Notes: generated by a model not told the origin, from the letters alone. A stretch of 64,000 bases of DNA from Heterodontus francisci (GCF_036365525.1 NC_090396.1:40846689-40910688), one strand, 5' to 3'. Counted from the stretch's first letter, positions 10,341 to 22,797 are shown. Numbers and translations are program-made.

Positions 10341-13106
10341 AAGAGTGAAAATTATTTCTTTCTTTTCCTTCAAAAATGTTGAAAGTTACAGTGCGGTAAA
10401 GGCCCATTCAGACCTGGAAGGTTCCAGGTTCAAATTGCAGTATGTGCTGAGTGAGGTGACCTCAGCTCTTTAATTGGCCTCATGCCCCTTGGCTCATGAA
10501 AGGGGAGGAGAAAATTGAGATTCCTGACCATTATCCAATACTTGAAAGGGCACATTGTGAACAGCAGTCAACTACAGACTCAGGCTCGGCTGTGATGCCA
10601 ATCCATGGTTGAATAGCCGGCCAACACTTACTCTCTGGACTCACATATGAATAATGGCTATTAAGGCAAGTGATTAAAGGGTGATTTGGGCCTGCAGAAC
10701 TGTATCCAAGACAAAGATCAGTGCCTTCAGAGGACAGGAGGAAACACAAGGGGAGGGTATGAAAAGGTTTGTGTGTTGGACTGTATTTCTCACTCAGTAA
10801 AAGAGGAAATGCAGTTGAAGGCAACCACATTGGAAAATTGTGCAAATTTATAATTATATTTACACATTAGTAATGACTGTAAATCACTTTAATGTAAATC
10901 AAGTTGATCTATTTTGTCTTCCAACATGTTGCTTTACTACTTTGTTCTAAATCACAGTTGAAGAAATTTGAAACAAATAAATTACTGTTTTATTGTAAAA
11001 TCTGATTTGCCTGAGGTGCTGGGTTTCATATTTTGTTGAATAACATATTTGAATACATTTTTAAAAACTTTTTTAGACTTTATTCTTGTTTTGTATAAAT
11101 AGACAATGGACAAAGATGTTGTACCTTATAAAGTTTAATAAAACATTTATTTGTTTCAACTGCTTTGTTCATTTTTACTAAAATTCTGGACTATTTTTCA
11201 TGCAATAAATGCATGTCTTCTTCCGCTAAATGCTGTGTAAAAATATCGAGACATAGCTTATCAAAGAGTTTGCAAAATAACAGAGTCTCTGATTTAAGTT
11301 AAAGCTCCACTTAAGGCATGGAGGAGTCTGAGGCCAGTTTTAGTCTTAATATAAACAAACTCTGATGGTCCCGTAACTGTCTCATAATGAGCTAGAATTC
11401 AGTTGTAGTCTATTGAAAGCTTATGCTGTTCTCATGGTGTCCTTAAGCCCAAGGAGTGTTGTAAGCAATGATCTTTAATTGTGAGATTGTTTAACACACT
11501 CCTTGGGCTGAATTTTACTGGCCCTCGGCTCCGCGGGTCATAGCGCAGGGACCGGTAAAATACTGCGGGGAGAGGCCTGCCTCGACCTACGATGTCAAGA
11601 AGGGTCCGTCGCAAATTACCGGCGGGGGGGTACCTTGGTGCAGCACCCCCCCGGACCGCCGCACAGCGGCAGCACCATAATTACAATATGTTAAACGGTA
11701 CTTACCTCTGCAGATTACGCAGCCCGCCTCTCCATTGACACTTTCTGATTTTTCGCTGAATGGGCGGCCATTCACGTGTCGTCCCGTTCACGATTTGAGA
11801 AGCCGACAAGTCCACAGAGTCAGGAGGTTTCGCGGCAGCAGGTAAGTTCCTTTTCAGGGGTCCCACTCTGCATTCTTAAAGGGTTCAACTTTATTTATCA
11901 CATGGAAATAGGTATGGCTCATCCTACATTGTCTGATCCTCTGCTCGTGAGGATCCGTATGTGGCAGAGGCAATATCAACAGGCAGGTGCAATCTATGTA
12001 GAGGCTCCCGGTCGGCAGCTGCAGCCCCCAAAGGGAGCTCACCATTAGGATTGCCGTGCATCTACAGACCCCACATGACATGCCATCGTATCTCAGAGCA
12101 CTAGTGTCAGAAGTGATTATGTATGTAGAGAGGGTGGTGACATGTTTCTGTGCCCTGTTCAAGGATGACCTGCAGCCCATGGGCTCTGGTGGACATCCCA
12201 TGCCTTTGTTCCTCATAGTGGCAGCAATTCTCAAGTCTGACGCCTCTGCAGCTTTTTAGAGGCCCACCAGAGACCTTTGTGGGGTCACACAGTCAGCAGT
12301 GCACCTCTGCATCAGGGAGGTCACCAATGCTCTGCACTGGAGGCCCAGTGAGGATGTCCGCTTCAGGATGGACTCTCACAGCCAGGCCCAGAAGGTCATT
12401 GGTTCTGGCACCATTGCCGGAGAAACATAGGTTGTAATGTTCATAGACTGCACTCATTTGGCCATCAGGCCTACTGCCAGGCTACCACCTGCAGACGTCA
12501 CCATTAAAGGTGTCCTCTCAATCCAGGTGAAGCTGGTATGTGAACACCACGGATGCTTGCTGCAAATGTGTGACCGCTTCTCAGGCAGCTGCCATGACAC
12601 CTGGGTCTTGCGCCTGTACCGCTGCCACCGCTGTTCACTGAACTAGCTCAGATGGAGGGGTGGCATCTTGGAGATAAGGGTTATCCTTTGCAGACATGAC
12701 TCCCGACACCGGTGAGTGACCCCAACACTGCTGCAAAGGAGAGATACAATGCCAGCCACCAAGCTACATGAGCCACAATTGAGCAGGTGATCGGCATGCT
12801 GAAAGAGCACCTCCACTGCCTGTATGGATAGGGTGATGCCCTGTACTACAGGCCGAAAAGGCCAGCTCCTTTCCTTGCTGCTCTGCACAACTACACACCC
12901 AATAGGGGCCAGGCCTGGCATGATGAGGAGAGACGTCAACAGGATTTCTGCTCAGATTATGAGGATGCTGAGGACCTACAACATGAAAGATGCATGGGAG
13001 AGCAGATAGCACTCAGGCTCTGCACGCAGGGCTAGTATAGCAGTGGCTCATCAGACAAAGACTGTCTGCTCCATAGGAAGCGACATGAGCTCTGCAAACC
13101 ACGCAT

Positions 13107-13452
13107 TAAAGGCCTGCTCAGGTCCGCAAAAAAACCCCGACCTGAGCCCGACAGAACAGCATCCGACCCGACCCGAGTCTTCCATTTTTTCCCGCGCCCA
13201 ACCCGACCATCGGTTAACTCATCTTCCATTTTTCACTTTGTTGCTGATCTGCACAAGCTTAAAATAACTGTAACAAAACCACCTTTCTAGTCCAAAAATT
13301 AAAGTAACAGTGGAGCCACTTGCCTGAGATAGAGCATATCCAACCCGGCCTGACCCGAGCTCGAATACCAGACCCAGAAATGCAACCCAACCTGACCCGA
13401 ACCCGACACGTCATTGGGTCCCGTCGGGTTCGGGTCGGGTAGCAGGCCTTTA
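13107..13452. mobile_element. hAT-type MITE nested in the Harbinger element
   Basis: TIR taaaggcctgct / agcaggccttta, 8-bp TSD ccacgcat / ccacacat, and many subterminal acccga / tcgggt repeats. Confidence 0.85.
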
Positions 13453-13892
13453 CCACACATCACCCTCGCTCACCTGCTGTGCACCAGTCCACATCTGCAG
13501 CATCCTTATGAAAACCATTAGAGATAGCAGCTGACTGAGCCAATGTCCATAGCACTGCATCTGTGGAGACGCTTATGAGTAATGGTGGCCTGAGGGCCAA
13601 TGGTGCAAACGGATGTGACATTGGCGCTATATGATTGCACACATCATTCGCACAGAGAAAAAGACACACATGTTGGTGAGGAACATTTAGTGAAAGATGT
13701 ATTTACATTGCTGTGACACCTGTACATTCCCATTTGTGTCAGTGTTTTCTCTGTGAACCTCTGTACTACCATTTATGGTATATTTCAGTCCCATGTCCTG
13801 GAATGTACAAAACTAAGATTATTCACCCAGGTGTGTCATGCCTACAAGAAGGAATGTTACACTTGAGTGGAAGAAGAGGCAAAAAAAAAAAG

Positions 13893-14031
13893 TGAAAAGT
13901 GCTGGGGTAACTCAGCAGGACAGACAGCATCTGTAGAAAGAGAAGCAGAGTTAGCTTTCAGGTCTGTGAATTTGGACAGGTTGCTGCCACAGATGCTGCC
14001 TGACCTGCTGGATTTCTACAGCACTTTCTGC
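13893..14031. repeat. Short foldback element related to Penelope-like terminal sequence
   Basis: gaaaagtgctgg..ctcagcagg..cagcatctgt faces acagatgctgcctgacctgctgg..cagcactttc. The same motif occurs at 62430-62480. Confidence 0.6.
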
Positions 14032-14606
14032 TTTGCTGCCAGATTGACAGCAGCCCCACTCTTCAACAGTCAGGTAAGTATTCTTTGACAGCTGTCAGGA
14101 AGCAGGTGCTAGGACGCTTTAACTAGGGCCCCAGCACCTGCTGCACAGCAGTCAAAAGGGTATTCACTGCAGCGAATGTCCCACCTGTCCCCATGTAATA
14201 TGGGGCAGGGAGGTTTGGTGCAGTGATGCTAATGAGCCCCCACGCGTAATATCGCAGGGGCTCTGCGGTGGCCGCTAAGCGCGGGCACCCCACTGAGTTT
14301 AAAGGGTGCCACCACAGATGAAATTCAGCCCCTTGTCTCTGTTACAGGCCAGTCTGGTTTTGGGTATCAGTAAGTTAGGAGCATTTATACAGTTACAGGG
14401 TACAATGAAAAAACAAACCCAACATTTTCAATCATTGATGCTTTTCAGATGTTCCTGAGGAGCAGATTAACTGTTCAGATCTTGTCAAATAAGAACCCTG
14501 CAATCTTAGTTCTCGTTTATGCAAATTTGGATCCAGCCTTTGGAAAATGTGTGTTTTGAAGATCAGTTTCTTATTACAGACACTCGGATGGCTAATTTCA
14601 TACATA

Positions 14607-15346
14607 GAACTGAATTTCATCAACACACCATGTGGAAGTGCTGCCGCCGAGCCCCTGTGGGGGCTCATTTAAATAGAGGGGGCAGAACGGCCGTCACCGA
14701 TGACGTAGATGGGGTGGCTGCCACATTCCTGGCAATGGCGTCTGGCACCACCGCTCAATCGCTGGCACTATTTGTAAAGGGCTTCAAGCCCTTAGCAAAG
14801 ATTTAAATTTTTAAAGGTGTATTAGAATTAGTTTTTAATTAAATAAATACTTAGGAGATGGAGGCCCTTTCCCAAAACCCCCAATGGTCTTTGCATTGCC
14901 CTTAATTAACAGAAGTTAATTTATTCCCAACCCGAACTTCCCCCCCAAACTTTCTCACTTTTGCCCTTCAATCCCTTCCCACCCCTCCAGTCCTGAAAAT
15001 TTTACTCCTCCCACCTCCCCACCAGTCTCTCGCTTGGTACTCCATACTCAGTTCCAAAGACGAGCGAGTTTCGTTCGGCGGCCGTAAAATCGGTGTGGAA
15101 CGGCAGCTGCCAGCAGGTAAGTCCATTGGCATCTAATTTTTGTTAATTTAAATATTTAGATGAAGGCCCTGTCGCCAAGCGGCGGGGGCTGCACTGAGGT
15201 CCCTCGCCACCAGCAAAATGCAGCGGGCCCTTCTCGACATCAGGGGTCGAGCCGGGCCTCTCCCTGCAGTATTTTGCCGGCCCACCACCCCCACCCCCTC
15301 CCCCAGCCGTGACCCATGGCTTCAAGTGTCTGATAAAATTCAGCCC
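14607..15346. mobile_element. Harbinger-family MITE, copy A-specific
   Basis: TIR gaactgaatttcatca / tgataaaattcagccc and TSD ATA; empty site at ~31650. Confidence 0.82.
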
Positions 15347-15954
15347 ATAATGTCACTTGTATGTCATTAATAGCTTTCTTTTTAATATATTCTACCTTCC
15401 CTCTTGAGAAGGCACTGAATCCATGCTGCATTATTGTTCCTTAGGTGTCAATCCATCTCTGATAACTTGTCAACAGTTCTCTCTTATTCCTATGTCAGCC
15501 TTGACTGTGAATGTGAGCAGGTTATTTAACAATGTTAGTTTTCACAATTCAGCCCGACACTGGTGATTTAACTTGCAGTTATTGTGCCTATAATGGCCCT
15601 AAACTTTGTTTGTAGTTAGCGCCCTGTTACTGTTGATGCTTTGACTTCCACCATTTTTACAAAGGTCTACCACTGGGCTGTTAAATTGCCTTCCTGTTTA
15701 TGGCAATAGACTTCCTCTAATATATAAATTGGTGTCTGATGACAGGTATAGGACATCAATTGCCATTTTCGGACAGAACTGGTTGAGCATATGTGTGCAT
15801 ATTTTATTGTCAGTACAGCTGAAGAGGTCTTAAAAGAGATGTTTTGAGCAGAAGTGCTCTTCCAGGGCAGAAAAATATTATCTGGGCTATTGCCACCCTG
15901 GACTTCTCTCTCTTTCCACCTCATTCATGATTGCTATCTCACCTAGGCTTACCG

Positions 15955-18158
15955 TGGCTATTGGCCTTCTTCTTTGACCTCCTTGTCTCGAGAGACAATG
16001 GGTAAGCGCCTAGAGGTGGTCAGTGGTTTGTGGAGCAGCGCCTGGAGTATAAAGGCCAATTCTAGAGTGACAGACTCTTCTACAGGTGCTGCAGATAAAA
16101 TTGGTTGTCGGGGCTGTTACACAGTTGGCTCTCACCTTGCACTTCTAACTTTTTTCCTGCTACCTGCTAAGTCTCTTCGACTCACCACTCTGTAGCCCCG
16201 CCTTTATGGCTGTCCTCCAGCTTTGGTGATCACTGGCAACTGACTCCCACGACTTGTGGTCAGTGTCACAGGACTTCATGTCGCGTTTGCAGGCGTGTTT
16301 AAAGCGGAGGCATGGACGGCCGGTGGGTCTGATACCAGTGACGAGCTCGTTGTACAATGCGCCCTTGGGGATCCTGCCATCTTCCATGCGGTTCACATGG
16401 CCAACATCTCAAGCACTGCTGGCTCAGCAGGGTGTAAATGTTGGGGATGTTGGCCACCTCGAGGACTTCTGCATTGGAGATATGGTCCTGCCACCTGATG
16501 CCAAGGATTCCTCCAGAGGCAGCGAAGATGGAATGAGTTGAGACGTCGCTCTTTTTATTTATTTTATTTTATTTAGAGATACAGCACTGAAACAGGCCCT
16601 TTGGCCCACCGAGTCTGTGCCGACCATTAACCACCCAATTATACTAATCCTACACTAATCCCATATTCCTACCACATCCCCACCTGTCCCTATATTCTTC
16701 TACCACCTACCTATACTAGGGGCAATTTATAATGGCCAATTTGCCTATCAACCTGCAAGTCTTTTGGTGGTGGGAGGAAACCGGAGTGCCCGGCGAAAAC
16801 CCACGCAGACACAGGGAGAACTTGCAAACTCCACACAGGCAGTACCCAGAATTGAACCCGGGTCGTTGCAGCTGTGAGGCTGCGGTGCAAACCATTGCGC
16901 CACTGTGCCGCTCTTGGCTGACATATGTTGTCCAGGCATTGCTGCCGTAGAGCAAGGTGCTGAGGACACAGGCTTGAAACACTTGGACTTTTGTGTTCCG
17001 TGTCATTGCGCCATTTTCCCACACCCTCTTGGCCAGTCTGGACATAGCAGTGGACGTCTTTCCCATGCGCTTGTTGATTTCTGCATCGAGAGACAGGTTA
17101 CTGGTGATAGTTGAGCCTAGGTAGGTGAACCATTGAACCACTTCCAGAGCGTGGTCACCGATATTGATCGATAGAGCATTTCTAACGTCCTGTCCCATGA
17201 TGTTCGTTTTCTTGAGGCTGATGGTTCGGCCAAATTCATTGTAGGCAGTCGCAATCCTGTCGATGAGTCTCTGAAGACACTCTTCTGTGTGGGATGTTAA
17301 TGCAGCATCATCAGCAAAGAGGAGTTCCCTGACGAGGACTTTCCGTACTTTGGTCTTCGCTCTAAGATAGGCAATGTTGAACAACCTGCCATCTGATCTT
17401 GTGTGGAAGAAAATTCCTTCTTCTGAAGACTTGAACGCATGTGAGAGCAGCAGGGAGAAGAATATCCCAAACAGTGTAGGTGTGAGAACACAGCCCTGTT
17501 TCACGCCACTCAGGATAGGAAAGGGGTCTGATGAGGTGCCGTTATGCTGAATTGTGCCTTTCATATTGTCATGGAATGAGGTGATGATACTGAGTAGCTT
17601 TGGTGGACATCCGATCTTTGCTAGTAGTTTGAAGAGACCACGTCTGCTGACGTGGTCAAAGGCTTTGGTGAGATCTATGAAAGCAATGTAGAGGGGCATC
17701 TGTTGTTCGCAGCATTTCTCCTGTAGCTGGCGAAGGGAGAACAGCATGTCAATGGTGGATCGCTCTGCTCGAAAGCCACACTGTGCCTCAGGGTTGACAC
17801 GCTCAGCCACTTTCTGGAGTCTGTTTAAAACGACTTGAGCAAAGACTTTCCCCACTATGCTGAGCAGGGAGATTCCACGGTAGTTGTTGCAGTCACCGCG
17901 TTCACCCTTGTTCTTATAAAGGATGATGATATTGGCATCGCGCATTTCCTGTGGTACTGCTCCCCCATCCCAGCACAGCCAAAGCAGTTCATGGAGTGCT
18001 GAGAGTATAGCACTCTTGATTACTTCAGGGGTAATGCCGTCTGGCTAGAGTATCAATGGCATCACTGAGTTCCGATTTTGTTGGTGTTCGTCGAGCTCAT
18101 CCATGACTGGCAGAGACTGGGCTGCATTGAGGGCGGTCTAAGTGACAACATTTTCCCT
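15955..18158 (-). mobile_element. 5'-truncated RTE-clade LINE
   Basis: RT ORF 16716-17945: NYRGISLLSIVGK, PEAQCGFR, AFIDLTKAFD, GVKQGCVL, LLFADDAAL. The C-terminus has RMEDGRIPK..GRPCLRFK. Confidence 0.92.
16554..16910 (-). mobile_element. V-SINE (HE1-like) nested in RTE
   Basis: Same family as 7571-7911, with (tttta)n tail and a TSD of about gctctt on both sides. Confidence 0.9.
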
Positions 18159-18692
18159 CGCCACCAGTTCCCCATTCTCCACCACAAACTCTCCTGTCTC
18201 AGCCTGTAATGGACCCACATTTGTCCTTGCTAACCTTTTCCTTTTCACATACCTAAAGAAGCTTTTCCAGGATGAAATCAAATTTGAGGTACAGGCCCTC
18301 ATTTAAATAGAAGCAAGCTGAATAGGCTGCACGTAAGGCCAGGCCACATGATATTGCACCTATCCAAATCCAGAGTGAATTATCTGAAGAGAAAAAATTT
18401 GCAGGGCTACAGGGAAAGAGTGGGGTAGAGGGACTAGGTACGTTGACCTTACAGAGAGCCAGCATGGACATGAAGGGCTGAATGGCCTCCTTCTGTATAG
18501 TAACCAATCTATGATTTTAGGTGCAGCCTATTCAGCTTGCTTCTATTTAAATGAGAGCTTGTACCTCAAATTGACTTCATCCTGGAAAAACTTCTTTCGG
18601 TATGTGAAAAGGAAAAGATTAGCAAGGCCGAATGTGGGTCCATTGCAGGCGGAGACAGGAGAGTTTGTGGTGGAGAATGGGGAACTGGCGGA
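18159..18692. repeat. Inverted duplication, arms ~18159-18332 and ~18521-18692
   Basis: ccagttccccattctccaccacaaactctcctgtctc..gaataggctgcac is the reverse complement of gtgcagcctattc..gagacaggagagtttgtggtggagaatggggaactgg. Confidence 0.9.
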
Positions 18693-20410
18693 GAGACTAA
18701 ACAATTACTCTGTGTCTGTCTTCACAGAGGAAGACACAGAAAATCTCCCAGAAATACGAGGGAACCAAGGGACTTGTAAAAATGAGGAACTGAAAGAAAT
18801 TAGTTCCAAAAAAGCATTAGTACTCGAAAAATTAATTGGATTGAAAGTTGATAAATCCCCTGGATCAGATAATCTACTTCCCAAAGTATTGGAGGAGGTG
18901 GCTATAGAGATAGAGGATGCATTGGCGATTATCTTTCAAATTCTTTAGATTCTGAAAGGGTTCCTGCAGACTTGAAAGTAGCAAAATGTAACCCCACTAT
19001 TTAAGAATTGAGCGATAAGAGAAAACTGAGAACTTCAGACCTGTTAGTTTGATATCAGTAGTAGGGTAAATTTTAGAATCTATTATAAAGGATGAGATAA
19101 CTGGACACTTGGAAAATAATGGTATAATTGGGCAGAGTCAACATGAATTTATCTAAGGGAAATCATGTTTCACATACCAGATGGAGTTTTCTGTGGATGT
19201 TACTTGTAGCATAGATAAAAGCGAACGTGGATGTGGTGTATTTAGATTTTCAGAAGGCTTTTGATAAGGTTCCACACAGGAGGTTAGTAAACAAAATTAG
19301 AGTACATGGGATTGGGGGCAATATACTGCTATGTATTGAGAATTGGGTAATAGACAGAAAGCAAAGAGTAGGAATAAATGGAGCATTCTCAGGATGACAG
19401 GCTGTTCCTAGTGGGGTACTGCAAGGAGCAGTGCTTGGGCCACAGCTGTTTACAATCTATATAAATGATTTGAATGTGGAGACCAAATGTAATATTTCCA
19501 AATTTGCTGAAGATACAAAACTAGGTGGGAATGTAAGTTGTGAGGAGGATGCAAGGAGGCTTCAAGGGGACTTGGACAGGCTACGTTAATGGGTAAGGAC
19601 ATGGCAGATGGAATATAATGTGAATAAGTGTGAAGTGATCCACTTTGGTAGAAAAAAAACAGAAAGACAGAGTATTTCTTAAATGGTGAGAGGTTGAGAA
19701 GTGTTGATATCCAAAGGGACCTGGGTGTCACTGTTCATGAGTCACTAAAAGCTAGTATGCAGGTGCAACAAGCAATTAGGAAGGCAAGTAGTATGTTGGC
19801 CTTCACTGTAAGGGGATTTGAGTACAGGAGTAAAGATGTCTTGCTATAATTGTATAATGCCTTGGTGAGACTGCACCTGAACAGTTTTGGTCTCCTTATC
19901 TAAGGAAGGATACACTTACCATAGATGGAGTGCAACGGATGTTCACCAGACTAATCCCTGGGATGGCGGGATTGTCTTATGAGGAGAGATTGCAGAAACT
20001 GGGCCTGTATTCTTAAGAGTTTCGAAGAATGAGAGGTGATCTCATTGAAATTTACAAAATTCTTACAGAATGTGACAGAGTAGATGTCGATAGGATGTTT
20101 TCTCTGGTTGGTGGGTCTAGAATCCGGGGCATAGTCTCACAATAAGTGGCAGGCCATTTAAGACTGAGTTAACGAGGAATTTCTTCACTCAGAGGGTGGC
20201 GAATCTTTGGAATTCTCTACCCCAGAGGGCTGTGAGCATGTTCAAGACAGAAATCGATAGATTTCTAGATATTAATGACATCAAAGAATTTGGGGATAGT
20301 GGGGAAAAATGGCATAGAGGTAGATAATCAGCCATGATCTATTTGAATGGCAGAGCAGGCTCGAGAGGCCGAATGGCCTTCTCCTGCTCCTATTTCCTAT
20401 GTTGCTATGT
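18585..20410 (+). mobile_element. Decayed 5'-truncated CR1 LINE
   Basis: FFRYVKRKR..VGPL, DKSPGSD, gattttcagaaggcttttgataaggt; 3' tail cctgctcctatttcctatgtt. Confidence 0.9.
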
Positions 20411-20617
20411 TGCTTCTCATTGCTGGAGCAGGTTGTCAGCTGCTGTGCTTTGCAGGTCAACTACTCAATCATTCAAATCTACTCCTGCACACTTCCAGCT
20501 GCTGTCCTGGCCAATTTGCAGCACAATAGTGCATGGGTGCTGAGATCAACTGTGGTCTACCCACTCCTAACCCAAGTGAGATAAATTAACTGAGTACAAA
20601 TGTTCTCCCTTATGTAC

Positions 20618-21092
20618 AGAGGAGATTTATGAGGGTGTTACCAGTAATAACGAATTATAGCTGAGGAAAGATTGGATAGGCTAGCGTTGTTGACTTTCGA
20701 ACAGAGGAGGCTCAGGGGGGATTTAATTAAGGTGCATAAAATTATGTGGAGCCTAGATAGAATGGATAGGATGGACCTATTTCCATTAGCAGAGAGGTTA
20801 ATAATCAGGGGGGCATAGATTTAAAGCAATTGGCATAAGGAATAGAGGGGAGCCGAAGAGAAATGTTTTCACCCCGATGATGATGGGCATCTGGAATTCA
20901 GTGCCTGAAAGGCTGGTAGAAGCGAAAACCCTCAAACCCTTATGGCATTAAACAAAAAACTTGGTGTTCAGCTGAAGAGCTATAAAATACAAGACTACGG
21001 CCCAAGAGCTGGAAAGTGGGATTTGACAGTTTAGCTCTTTTTCTAGCAGGAACAGGCACGATGGGCTGAATGGCCTCTTTCTGTGCTGTCAA
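20618..21092 (+). mobile_element. CR1 3' fragment, copy A-specific
   Basis: gaggagattt..gaacagaggaggctcagggggg..atgggctgaatggcctct. Absent at ~32305. Confidence 0.75.
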
Positions 21093-21527
21093 TTGTAACA
21101 TTGTAAATATTTACCTCTCTTCAGCAATTACATATTCTAGCTTTAGTTCAGGTACTGCCAGCCCTTCCCCCGCCACTTCCTAAGCAAACAACTGTCGTCA
21201 CTCACCTCAAAATACTCAAACTTGACCCAGTTAGTCCTCACTAACTGATCCCCAACTCTGATGTCCCGATTCTTTCCAAGGTCCTTGAAAACACTGACAC
21301 CTCTCAGTCTTGTAGTTGTTACTCCTGCAGCTCCCTGTTGACTCCACCCCTCCCACAGCATCAAAATGGCATTAACCAAAATCACAAATGGCATTCCCTG
21401 TGACTGTAGTACATTATTCTTCCTTCATGACCTGCAGCCTACAACACAATTATACCAACCTCCTGCATTGCCTCCCCTCTGTTGTCTAACTTGTGGAACT
21501 GGCCTGACTTGTTTCAACTCAGCTCTC

Positions 21528-21970
21528 TGGGATGGTGGGATTGTCTTATGAGGAGAGATTGCAGAAACTGGGCCTGTATTCTCTAGAGTTTCGAAGAATG
21601 AGAGGTGATCTCATTAAAACTTACAAAATTCTTACAGGGCCTGACAGGGTAAATGTGGATAGGACTCTATCTCTGGCTGAGTCTAGAACCAGGAGACAGT
21701 CTCAGAATAAGGGGCAGACCATTTAAGACTGAGGTGAGGAGGAATTTCATTACTCAGAGGAGGTGAATATGTGGAATCCTCTACCTCAGAGGGCTGTGAA
21801 AGCTCAATTATTGAGCACATTTAAGACAGAAATCGATAGATAGCTGGATACCAATGACATCAAGGAATATGGGGATAGTGGGATAAAATGGCATAGAGGA
21901 AAATGATCAGCCATGATCTGTTTGAATGGTGGAGCAGGCCGAATGCTCCCCTGTTTGCTATGATCCTATT
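21528..21970 (+). mobile_element. CR1 3' fragment, same subfamily as 19960-20410
   Basis: GLSYEERLQKLGLYSLEFRRMRGDLI plus 3' UTR. Confidence 0.8.
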
Positions 21971-22349
21971 TCCAATTTTGGGCCTGCTATCGGATTCCCT
22001 GGAGAGTAGAAAGTAGTAATGTTAATTTTTCTCTTCACATAAAAAACTTGTAGAGAGAGCACAATAAAAGGTTCAGGAGGGAAGTTAAAATTATAGATTG
22101 TCATTTTTTAATATTGATAGACTTCATTCCTCCAAGTGTCTTGGCTGATGGGGCATGCACTCCATCTAGTGGTGTTCAGTAAAACTTTCTTCAATGTGAG
22201 AAGATATCCATTCCCCACCCCCTCACTGGAATTAAAACTAAATATCAAATTTAACTCACAAAATTCTTAGTTCAATATTTTTAGGAAGAAATTCTCTCCA
22301 TTGCACCTCATCACATCCTTCTGGGTGTTTCAAGGTGCATCTTTGAGCA

Positions 22350-22797
22350 GTGCTGAGGAGGAAAGTTCAGTGACGGCTCAAACTCATTTCTTTTTTTTTC
22401 GGTTGAAACTTTTCTTTGCCAACTTGCCTGCTGGCCATTCACATTGAAACAGAAAGTTTAAAGGAAATCAAAGTGGGAGAGGCAGCTGATTGTATTTTCA
22501 CCAGCACAGATGTGTAGAGAGTTAGTGGAGGAGCTACAGATAACCTTCTCTAACTGTTTGTACTGACACAAGCTGACAGAGGCTGGTGACTTTCCCAGGC
22601 TGGATAGTGGATCGAGCCAACAGTCCCACTCGCTCTCCGCAGATCCCACCACTTGCTTCCGGGTTCAACTGTGCGGTTGTTTTGTGTCGAGATCTCCTGA
22701 ATCAGTCGCAACAATTGTCAAGCTCTCGGATTTTGAATGGTGACTTTTCCAGGGTCAATTTGACCCCCTGTTTCGTGTTGGGCAGATTGGGATAAAG
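22350..22797 (+). promoter_or_regulatory. Candidate promoter and non-coding exon 1 of copy B
   Basis: ISRE-like GAAACAGAAAGT (22446-22457), kB-like GTGACTTTCCC (22586-22596), ETS CTTCCGG (~22656-22662), local CpG enrichment, donor AAG|gtacaa at 22797/8. Confidence 0.45.

Larger units (their letters stand above)
11505..14331 (+). mobile_element. PIF/Harbinger DNA transposon (decayed transposase), copy A-specific
   Basis: TIRs gggctgaattt / aaattcagccc and 3-bp TSD CTT; empty site at ~31398 in copy B. Transposase remnants IDCTHLAI, RFSGSCHD, LGDKGYPL. Confidence 0.88.

Noticed and set aside
13130-13440. CRISPR-like or satellite array
   Set aside because: The repeats are subterminal motifs of a hAT MITE in eukaryotic DNA, with no repeat-spacer structure.
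16716-16910. C-terminal extension of the 409-aa RT ORF
   Set aside because: Read-through into an inserted SINE, not a real fusion.
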